In this document: one piece after another, positions 47,775-58,400 of the stretch
Layout of the letters: every line of letters begins with the position of its first letter
Numbering within the stretch: the stretch's first letter is position 1
Program-made: the position numbers and the translations under genes
Assembly (NCBI GenBank): GCA_002633005.1
Contig: NMRA01000165.1
Span: 161,958 to 225,957 of the forward strand
Source of the DNA: Phoronis australis
Lineage: Eukaryota > Animalia > Phoronida
Length of the DNA stretch: 64,000 nt
Direction: 5' to 3'
Notes under the pieces: model-generated
The model's database searches: none
What the model was told of the DNA's origin: nothing
The model's input: the letters and a program-made list of their open reading frames with translations, nothing else

Positions 47775-50700
47775 ATGGGGAGTCAGAACTCTCACGTTCC
47801 CGTTCATAACAGCGCAAATTCACCAGTTGGAGATGGGCCATCTGAGAAAAAGCCATTGAAACCATGTTGTGCATGTCCAGAAACTAAGAAAGCAAGGGAT
47901 CAATGGTGAGAATTGATCTCTATTTTATCAACGACGAAAATTAGACTGTTAGTTTCATGTCTCTTCATCTGACTTGTAGCTTGGCTTACGCAACTATGCC
48001 ATATGACTAAGTTAGTGTGTGAGTGTATCTGTACTGTCTGTAGCTATGTACTGCCTGTAAATACTTATTTACAGACGGTTTACGTGTCTATGTACGGCTA
48101 GCAATTCCTAACTCAGTCTGTAGGCTGGAAGAGTTTCTACAAAATAGCGCTTAACCCTGGTTAAACCCACACGCGTCGTCAGCCACTGATCCTCCGGAAT
48201 ACACTATTGACTCCGGACTACAAAATTCCACGGGTGCTTCACTTCAGCCGTCCATAGCAAACACAAAACTCAATAAATTTACGCAAAACAGAGGTTCACC
48301 AAACCATGAGGAATTGTTCTTTTTCCCAATACCATTTACAATGTCCTGCTCCAACGAGTTCAGCTTAAAAAAATTCCCAAAAAGCTCGCCCAGAGCAACT
48401 CCCTGGTCCCACGCGAAGGGTACGGAATTATCCGATGACTTACGGCTGAACGGCAATTGCCGATTTATCATGGAAAATCACGGCATCGTTAACTCAGCAA
48501 TTTCCGTTCATCCGTTACTCATAATTCCGTACCCTTCGCGTTGGACCAGGGAGTTTCTGCAGACAAGCTTTTTGGGAAGATTTTTGTGCTTTGACCGCAA
48601 ATTTCTTGCAAATTCGGTGGAGCAGGACACTGTATATGGTATTGGGAGAAAGAACAATTCCTCATGGTTTGTTGAACCTCTGTTTTGTGCAAATTTTTTG
48701 AGTTTTATGTTTGTTATGGACGGCTGAAGTGAAGCACCTGTGGAATTTCTAGTCCGGAGTGTCATACCTTGTTGTAATATATAGTGTCATAGGGGACGAT
48801 CAGAAGCTGAGGACACCTGTGGTTAAACCACAGGCGTCCTCAGCTTTTGATCGTCCCTAATACATATGCTACAAGGTATGAAACTCTCGACAAGGAATTC
48901 CATGGGTACTTCACTTCAGCCGTCCATATCAAACAAAGAACTCAATAAATTAAGACAAAACAGGGTTTCAACAAACCAATCAATTGTTCTTTCTTTTAAT
49001 ATCATTCACGGTGTCCTGCTCCTGCGAGTTCGCAACAAAAATTCGCGGTCAAAGCACAAAAATGTTCCCAAGAAGCCCATGCGTACTTCCTACTTTGATG
49101 GTTCAAGGTTAAGGACGGTACGAAATTATCCGATGGGTTACGTGTGGACGGCATTTGCCAGTTCATGACAGAAGGTTACCAAATGGTCTGTCTATGTCGT
49201 GACTTTCCGTGACTAACGCCGGGCAATTTCCGTACCGTCCTTGACCTCGAACCGTTAAAGAAGGAAGTACGCATGGGCTTTTTGGGAACATTTTAGTGCT
49301 TTGACCGCAAATTTGTTGCAAACTCGCTCGAGAAGGACACCGTGTATGGTATTAGAAGAAAAAATAATTGCTAAAAATTTTTTGAAACCCTGTATCTTGT
49401 AAATTTATCGAGTTTTGTGTTTGATGGACGGCTGAAGTGAACCACCCATGGAATTCCTTGTCCCGAGTGTCATACCTTGTAGTATATATAGGGTGTATTG
49501 GGGACGATCAGAAGCTGAGGACGCCTGTGGCTTAATAGAGACGGTGTAGCTCCTATAGGTTCTTGATATGCCTGAAGCTTTTTGGCGAATTATGCTTCAC
49601 ACCGACTAAAACATCAATGTCATGTTGTTATGAATACCTTATGCACATAGAGGAACACCTGATGCTGTCTATGTCTTTAATTCCTTTCAACTCGAACGAA
49701 TACTCTGACTCGTTATCAAACTCTTTCATTGAGTAGTCCTTCGTTCAGTTCCCAAAATCAGTAACTGGCCATTTTTACCTATGCGTGTGGCTGTTGGTAT
49801 GACGTCGTACCACCTAGTGCACGCGCAGTGTAAAAATAGCCAGTTACCTTTTTTGGGAACTTAACGAGGGACTGCTCGAAGAAAAAGTTTGATAACAGGA
49901 GTACTTGTTCGAGTTGAAAAAGGAATTTAAGACATCGACGGCATCTTAAGGTGTCCCTTTATGATGTTTTAGTCGGTTTGAGGCATAATTCGCTGAAAAA
50001 CTTCAGCGTAAAAATGTACCAACTTGAGCGAAGCTCACTTTCCCAGCTCATCACAACAGATATTTCGGGTCCTCTTGCAACAAGATTTACGTAGTAATCA
50101 AAATCTAGCATGTCCAACCGTGCATGAGTTTTTCAAATCCGACAATCACACTTACCTTGTCTGTTATGGCCATGTAAAAAAAAGAAAGTGACTATTCACC
50201 CAGCCAACTATGTGTACTTTGTTTTTCATCTGACAAGCTTTCCTGCAATCTCATCGGTCAACAGGTGTCACGTAATAACCTTGTTGTCCAAATAAGCCAA
50301 TTTTTGCTATTCACCTAGCAAACTATAAAATAAATCAGTTTATGATTACATTCTATGTTCAACAATACAAGTCTTGATTAAGTTAACAAGCAACATCCAT
50401 TTTTAATGCTGTCTCAAAATAAGAAAGGAAATCCTGAGATTCAACATCGGAGGTATTGCAGCAAAATATTTGTAGCGAAAAAATGTGTAATTAAAATGAC
50501 TTGTTTGTATTGTTTTATCATTTAAGTTGAATTTGACTAAATTTTCACACAAGATTTCGCTGTGGTCTCAAGTCTCAGAAAGATCTAAGGCTTTATAAAT
50601 GAAAATGATAGGTCATGTACCATATTCAAATCAACAGTCGTCAGAGGCACGGATAAAATGTTTATAGTACACTAAATAGTACCTCTTGGTTCATTCCGAC

Positions 50701-51751
50701 TAGCAATTTATTCAAATTGTATTATACTGAATTTGTAGAAAATCTTATCCTCTCAAAAGTGTTCATTACACTTGGACTGATGTTGGCGATTGTTGTTCGT
50801 TTTTCCTATTGTTCTCAATTGTAACTTATGTGGGTCATTGTTTAACACACATCTTCATTTCTTATAACAATGTTCTTGAGACAAAACACTTTTAAAACAC
50901 AATCCCAGAAACGTATTTGTAGCTAGTACAATGGAAACAGAATTTGCAAGTTTCATGCAAAAAAATCATGTCTTGTGGAAAATTTGGTGATCTCTTTTTA
51001 ACCGATATCCAACAGATGCTGCAGGATGAGTAAACGCAACTGGGTACATACCCAGTCAGTAGCCCAGTGGGCACCCCTTAACTTCCTGCAGAGAAACCAA
51101 GGAAACTTTTCCCATGATCAAAGCAAAAGGTTCAAAAAAACCTGAGTCTTGATAGATTGGGCATTAGGTACGCCATTCAAATTTTAACGGGCCATTGTAA
51201 CCTAGCCTGACACAGACACTTGGCATATGGGGAGCCCAGTGTGTCCCGAGTGTAGTTTTGACGTTGAAACCCCTTAACACCTGGTTGAGTACTGCCCAGC
51301 CTTTTATATGCTAAGGAGCAACCTGCTGGATGACAGTGTTATATGCTTACAACACATAGTGTCCATTTTCTAAAAGGAGACAGGCAGACTTAAAAACTTC
51401 CTTCACGAAGAACCTGTTGGTCTAAAACAGGGCTCTTGTATTCTTAGCTCTGGTGTGTAGAGTAGTGGTCCAACCATGAGGTCTGGGCTCGTCTGATGAC
51501 ATCATATTACCTGGGCTCTTTTTTAAATATATTGAGTAACAAGGAACATGTGAAAATTTGACCCTCAATCTTCATGTTAACATTTTGCAAACAGTTTTGA
51601 GTTACATGCAATCAAATATTTTGCTAATTTAATATGTTCAGGTTCATCAGCAAAATTTTGTTTCAGCATAATTGAAAATGGGGAAGAAAATTGTGGAGAC
51701 TTAATAGAAAAGCACAAGGAATGTATGAGAAGTATGGGTTTCAAGGTGTGA
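47775..51751 (+). CDS. COX17: Cytochrome c oxidase copper chaperone COX17, 2 coding exons, 71 aa (absent from the ORF track)
   Basis: Exon 47775-47905 MGSQNSH...[19 protein letters not shown](C) plus exon 51667-51751 [27 protein letters not shown]. Contains the CCxC copper motif and twin CX9C; phase-2 GT-AG intron within the Cys codon. Confidence 0.93.
48165..48823. mobile_element. Palindromic MITE family B, copy 1, COX17 intron 1
   Basis: Arms GCTTCACTTCAGCCGTCCAT / ATGGACGGCTGAAGTGAAGC; ends bounded by T(T)AA. Confidence 0.8.
48827..49531. mobile_element. Palindromic MITE family B, copy 2, abutting copy 1
   Basis: ACCACAGGCGTCCTCAGCTTTTGATCGTCCC ... GGGACGATCAGAAGCTGAGGACGCCTGTGGC; about 330-bp inverted arms. 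Confidence 0.85.
49534..50010. mobile_element. Palindromic MITE family A copy abutting family B copy 2
   Basis: AATAGAGACGGTGTAGCTCCTATAGG start and collinear with 34558-35070; right end decayed. Confidence 0.8.
51060..51400 (+). mobile_element. 3' remnant of a non-LTR retrotransposon ORF2 (C-terminal zinc-knuckle region)
   Basis: Interrupted translation [10 protein letters not shown] ... [21 protein letters not shown] ... [22 protein letters not shown], i.e. LTGH plus CxxC...ET..H....CP of I/LOA-like LINEs. Confidence 0.6.
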
Positions 51752-52951
51752 CCCTGGTATCTTTGTACAGGTAGTTATTTAAAATACTTAATTATTTAAC
51801 TTGTTTCTTCCGCTGTTATTTTGGGGTATGAAGAATTTGAATGTGACACAGTTGCATGCTGGCACTTTGGTACCACTGTCTTAAAATGGAGCAACGCTGT
51901 GTGATTTTATATGTTAGCTGTGACTCTAAATAGAGCTGAAAAGCCATGATAGAAATGGAGGGAATTTGCAACTATTTGATAAAATCTTGCAGAGTGTGAC
52001 TGTTATAACATTTTAAAAAGTTTTTTGGTACACTAATGGAACATTAAAATTAGTACATGGATATTCTTTTTTCCTCTCATTAGCAACGGCGAATATATTG
52101 TCTGCCGTCTATTGCTCAGAGATCCTGTTGAAATTAGTAGCGTTACCCTGTTGCAATCAGCTCATGCTTACAGTCAGACATTTGGTGGACTGCCGTGGAG
52201 CAAGTTGCATTCATGATTTTCTTACTTGTTTCTCATTTGGCTTTTACTGTCGGCGATTTGCCTCTTGATGGTTGAAGTTATGGGGGTTGTAACAAAATAA
52301 ACAAATTCAGTTCAACTGTCAGTCACAAACAGTATGGCCAACAAAGGTGACCATTTTGCGATGGATAGTTCTAATACTATCCTCGAATAAAATATCCATC
52401 AGAGAGCTCTTCAATTAGATGCCTTGGCTTTGATATTTTCTTTTAAGTAAGTCACAAACCTTAAAAGTTCATTGTCAGGTGGCAAAAGGAAATGCATATT
52501 AAGAATTGTTAATCTTCGAGTGAATAACTACTGTAGAAACAGTTGCTTCATCAAATTTTATTTTATTTAATATGGACAAATTTTAGCATTTGATGTGCAA
52601 TGCAATGATGTTAATTTTCTTGATATTTCACTGTACAGACTTGCCACTCATGAGATTCATGGTAGGTGGTCTGCCTATTAGTTTCAATGATGTTTGTGTC
52701 TACAATGTGGCACATCCTGCTGTTTTATAGCTAAGTTAAAATATACTGCATTTTGCTCTGTTTAACTACACCCATTTGTTTAAATGTTTTATTCCCGAGT
52801 CTATGTTTTATATTTCAGGTGTACAGCGTGTATTATTTATTTGAAGATGACGTGGACTTATGTTTAGTTTTGAGGAAAAGGTCAGCATGCTTGGAACTGC
52901 ATATCAAAATGTTTACAAGGGTTACAACTTCAAGAATGTGACTTTCTCCTG

Positions 52952-53050
52952 GTGACTGTGGACAATAACATGATTGGTTGTTGCTCCCAGATTCTCCTTC
53001 TTCTGGCGACTGTGACCAATAACATGATTGGTTGTTGCTCCTAGGTTCCC
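52952..53050. repeat. Tandem duplication (about 55 bp x2) in the probable COX17 3' UTR exon
   Basis: GACTGTG(GA/AC)CAATAACATGATTGGTTGTTGCTCC occurs twice. Confidence 0.7.
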
Positions 53051-54032
53051 CTTTGTTGGAGCAGAACTGTCCAAGTAATTGTCTTGCTAGAAATCTTTGT
53101 TTTCAAATGAAGTGGCTTATCAGGCCAGTGGTGGACAGGGCCTTTGAACCTGATTTACAACAAAGATCTTGTTTCACAAAATTGTCACTATGGAAAGTCT
53201 TTGAAGACGGCGATGTTTTAAAGTTGATAATTGCATCAGAGTAATGACATTTTGAGGTGTTTTAGTTTTTGCCCTGTGCATTTTTACTGTCAGTTCGACA
53301 TACTCGTCAATAAATCTGTTGCTAATTTTGTTATTCAATCATATGGTGGATCTAGATTGTTGTAAAGGAGTGCCCAACAAGTTTTTTAAGGAAAAGGTGC
53401 TCATGCAAGCCCCAATAATAGTATGTGCACGGTAGCTTTTTGGAAGTCCAGAGGGTGTGGCCATGTTCTCTTCTGCCCGTCTGGCAAATCCTAATATACG
53501 GTTTGATATGTGGTATATAGACTATTGTAAATAATTTCACCTGTTTGCTTCGCTTTTCTAGTGCTGTATTGTGCTCTAAAAAATTGTGTATTTGTGCATG
53601 CAGGAGATTCAAAATAAACTTCAGTCTTTGAAGTTTAGTGTTCACTTTCTGCTCCTGACCATAATAAACAAGTTTCACCAAACTGCCTGCACAAATGGTC
53701 ATCTGTTTGCCATGAGAATAATTTTAGACGTACTTGATATTAATTAACTTGTGAATTCTCTGATGCAAGTGACAAGGTGGTCACTTAAATTCGCCTGGTT
53801 CTAGTAAAACACATGCTTGCATAGTGATTGTCTCTACAGGACAGTGTTAACTGAAACCTGGGAGTAATATATAGTCCTAGCTGAAACACTGTAAGGCAAG
53901 TTGTGACAATGTTAAATGATTTCCACAGCATAACACAATAGCAAGTTTCCTTAAAATGTTTTATTCACCTAATACAAGTAAGTTTCAAAGCAAGTAATTT
54001 ATTAGGTATAAAAAGCTGTTGGACAAATGTGC

Positions 54033-54133
54033 AATAGTCACTTCCTGGGGTCCTGCATTTTGAGAACCAGTTTGATGCCCATTATTCTGACTGGAAACTG
54101 GTTCTCAAAATGCGGGACCCCTAAATAACTATT
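54033..54133. repeat. Hairpin micro-MITE with 27-bp stem
   Basis: GGGGTCCTGCATTTTGAGAACCAGTTT (54047-54073) pairs with AAACTGGTTCTCAAAATGCGGGACCCC (54095-54121). Confidence 0.75.
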
Positions 54134-55436
54134 ATCCAAATGTCAAAGTTTGGTAGCAGCCATTCATTAACACAAACTTAGTTGAAAGTTTAGTTTTGTG
54201 TTCAACAAAACGTTAGTAAGTGCACTTTATCAGGTAAAAGGAAACAACAATCCTACAACCCAAAGACACATTATTTTCCAAAAATTTCAAACTCATAGTT
54301 AAGGACTAGGTAAAAGTACAGTTATCCAACAGCCAACCTTGGTCACACGCTGTTCTGTGGAATATGTTAAGAAATCACCATTTACGACAAAATTAAATGT
54401 AAATGCCACAATTCAACTATTCATTTTCAAAGGCTTCAGACATCATTGAGAACGCCCCCGATACCATTTAAGTGCCCCCAATTTCTCAAAACATTGTCTG
54501 ATGGTAGCTCTAGTAAAGGACATAAGAATGATAAATCATTTTTACTATTAAGTGATCGGTATGTTTTTTGTGAAGAAGATTGATTTGCTTGTCACTGTGT
54601 CTGAAATTGGTGATATTGTACTGTACCTAGAGGAGAATCACCGTCTACTTTGCATGAGGCAATATCACTATTTGGGATTCAAATCAAGTAAAAAAACATG
54701 CACACATTGTTCATTATGCCAGCTTAACAAATCAAATGACAGGAAGACTTGAAGAAAGAGAGGGTGTGTTCCTTTGTTCATTATGTTAGTTAAACAAATC
54801 AAATGACAGAAAGACTTGGGGAAGGAGGGAGATGTGTTCGTTTGAACGAGATTATCTGAATTTCTGGGCACAGACATAGCACTGTAACCTCCACAGCCTA
54901 TGTCTGTGTTTGACAGAACACCAGTTGAATATGATGTTGATTACAAACAAGCATCGCAACAGATACTCTACTGTATCAAGGATATACATGTTCCAGGGCC
55001 TTACACTACCTCGGAGTCTCCTACAACTACTGCACCCAGTAGTACCAGTGCAGTCAACGAGAGATTCAGGCACAAATGAAGATATTGAAGAACAATTCTT
55101 AGAACAATCATTGACTAAACCAATTCTGTTACCATAATTGTCATAAGTACTGTCGATGAAATGAATTTTTAACAGAAATACAATTATTTCCAAATCTTGA
55201 TCCCTCAAAAGTAATTTTTGTTCACTAAAACAAGCTAACAGCGTAGAAATCAAAAACATATTGATATAAGTAGATGTATCAAAAACCACCACCAATCTAT
55301 GATGTGCCATTATCCAGTGCTGCAATAATCTAATGTATAAACCCAAATTACGTGAAATTATTAATTGTGCAAGAAGTGGGACTCCATTCACACACAAGCC
55401 AGCTGAAAATGCTTTTCTCAGCTGGAACTTTAACTT

Positions 55437-58400
55437 TCATGATGGAGTCTTGAGATAGTGCACATAAGACAGTTCGTAATTCTTGAACTGACAGTACTGG
55501 TGATCCTGACGGGAGTAGCCCTCCAGACAGTTGTAGGATTTAACCTCCTCATGAGCAGCTGCAGCAACAGACAGCTGCAAAGAGAATAAGAGAAAAGTTT
55601 CCATTCCAGTCTAGTGATGCATGACGTTCCCTTTTCTTGTAAGATGCCAACATGGGCCAGAGGGACAATAAAACCTTGTAGTACCGTAAACTCGCGGATT
55701 AACGCCTTGGGCCCTTAAATTGGGAAAACCTTTAGCAGGAGGGGCTTAAAATGAACAATAGGCCAAAAGTCGGGGATGGGCAATTACCCAAGAGGTGAGC
55801 GCTTAGGGGAAATTTGCACAAAGAAGGGGATAGGCAATTACTCAAGCAGTGGATGCTCAAAACCAAAAATTGACCAAAGTCGCGGATGGGCAATTAATTA
55901 CACGGACACGGGCATTGACCCACGAGTTTACAGTATGTTGCAAGTCAAGCAACTTCACACAAATCCTCACTTGATATTGCAAAACATAAGTAGTGAAGCA
56001 GGTCTAATAACTTATTACATCTAGCTTTCACTCACAACAATATCACACTGAAAAGCACTTGTTGGCTTTTTCATTGTTTGACCTGACTGCAATGAGCTAC
56101 ATTGTGCCAAACCTTTGGCTGGAGGAAAACATTTTTTATAATACAATTATTGCAGCCATATGAAGAAGTCAGATTATGGTTAGTTCAGTTCTCGATTTAG
56201 CTAACTCAACTGGGCATGAGCACAATTTCACATTTCACTCCGCGAGCACCGCCAAAATGTTTCACTACATATGGAATAATCATAAAACCTGCACTTTCAG
56301 AATACCCCAATCTCCTAATTCTCAGAATATTGCAGGCAGCCTTGTTTAGTTTCAGATAATTCTTTCCACTCACTAGTGGTTGCACGTTGGACACAATTTT
56401 GTCTCGGGCAATAACGTGCGTCACTGACCTAGTTCTTGCAATGCAGAGTGACCTGATTATGACAGTTACCTCCATTATATTGAAGTTTGTCAGTGTTAAT
56501 CCCTTTTTTAACACTTTCATCTTCCAAATTAAGTTGTTGCAATTTCATTAAAGGGGCATAAAATTTTGCAAAATTCCAGGAAAAATTTAAATGCAAAACA
56601 GATTAATATGTAACTTAATAAAGTTTAGCTTGTGCTGTAATGGTCGTACTAAAATGCATATTTAGTTGCACTCCAAAGTTGGAAGCTGTTCACTCTTTCT
56701 GAGAACTACTGTGTCTCACCTGGTTAGCAATGACTGTCATCAAGAAACCACCAGGTTGGAAGATATTCAGCAAATCAACAATCAAGTCGTGGTAAGATGC
56801 CTGAAAGAAAGGATTTCATTGAGTTACAGTCAGATCATGGCTCAGGATCTGAAGAAAGAGTCTTGCACTGCAGAGTCAACACTAGTGATGAAGATTTCAT
56901 GTAACATATTTGTTCGCAATCTGCACTCTGAGACCTGAAGGAGATGGTCTTTACGCTTCAGTCAAGTATCAGGTGGCTGTAGGCAGCCTAGCAGTGATGC
57001 ATTACAAAACAGTCGAAAGTCAAGCGAAAATGACCTAAAGGTGAGGATTTCTGGTCTTTTAACTATATCTAGTCAACATTGAAGGACTGAAGGTCAAGGT
57101 CTCCTGTTACACAGGAAATGGTCAAGTTATGGAGGAATCAGACAAGTCCTGGAGGAAATTGACCATTATCCTGGTAGAAACTTCAAAAATATCGACATAA
57201 TTATGTTATGGAGCCAAAATCAGCCGCCCTCCCCTCCATGAACTCTCAAGAAGGTTCTCGTGCTGTCATTCACATGACAGCACTTCACTGTTGTACCAGA
57301 CTGGTTTCAGTCTACCCACTTACGATTTCTTAGCAGTATTCCTTAGAACATCTCAACAAAAAATACACTTCTTTCATTGTGGTAATACAGCAACAAACTA
57401 CACATTCAAGGAGTGTCTCAGCATAATTACTAGAATAATGTACATACCTGTGGAATATTGGTTTCAAAACTGACATAGGAGAACTCTGGTTCCGGTGTTA
57501 TGTGTATGGTCAGATAGCAACCCTGAAGCAAAGAACATTTGATAGCAATGTCAATAGAAACATGTCATATATTGAGAGGCATTCCTCACATTTTGTATAC
57601 ACCGCATGACGATGCTTGGGAGGGGCAAATAGGCCTATGAAGAAAGTGATGTTAATTAATTATTAAACTTAAAATTGATAAAATATAGTGGCTATAAAAA
57701 TACATACATACTTATAATTGACACATACTGATAAATTGCTGATTGTATGTAATTGACCAAATCTCATGTGAAAAAGGCGCAATGCCGCTCATGGGATGTA
57801 TGACATAACACTTGGCTGTAAACAGTAATTGCACAGATATCGGGTCCTCAGTAGCTCAGTGGTAAGAGCACTAGACTGGCAATCTAGAGACCTGTGGTTC
57901 GATTCCCAGTTAGGGTTCCCATAAATCATGGTTACTTAACCCTAGGCTACATAAAACAGCAAAGAAAAAACTTTTTCGGGCAAATCCAGGTTCAGCCCCC
58001 TGGCTCCCAGACTATAGCTAGAAGAGGCAGGATGGCCTAGTGGAATAAGTGTCCAATTCCTTTACTGAAGATCGTGGGTTCGAATCCCATTGAGGCACAC
58101 TACTGGACCCTTAAGTTTGGCCTCTAACTCCACAGTTTGGCTTGAACTAATAAAGCACTAAAATAGTTCCAGGTGCCATGGTCAGTGGGTCCACCTGATC
58201 AGCCCAGCACATCTGGTACAATGAGTTTCAGGGGCCCGTTCCAAGAAAACTGACTTAGCTAAGACAAATTTTAAATTTTAGTCAATTTTAAGATAAAATT
58301 CAAATTTTTCTTAAGTTCTGCCCAAGAAAATGATCTCAAGTTCGACTTGAATTTTTGGCTAAGTTTTGTCTTTGGCAGGACCAACCTACCAGATCTGCAA

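Noticed and set aside
54852-55397. 181-aa ORF, the longest in the track
   Set aside because: It lies in the AMD1 3' UTR just after the stop, has a non-ATG start and no recognisable domain.
57845-57917. Functional tRNA-Ala(GGC) gene
   Set aside because: The acceptor stem has two mismatches and two wobbles, the T stem is bulged, and the anticodon is atypical for eukaryotes; kept as pseudo-tRNA/SINE head.
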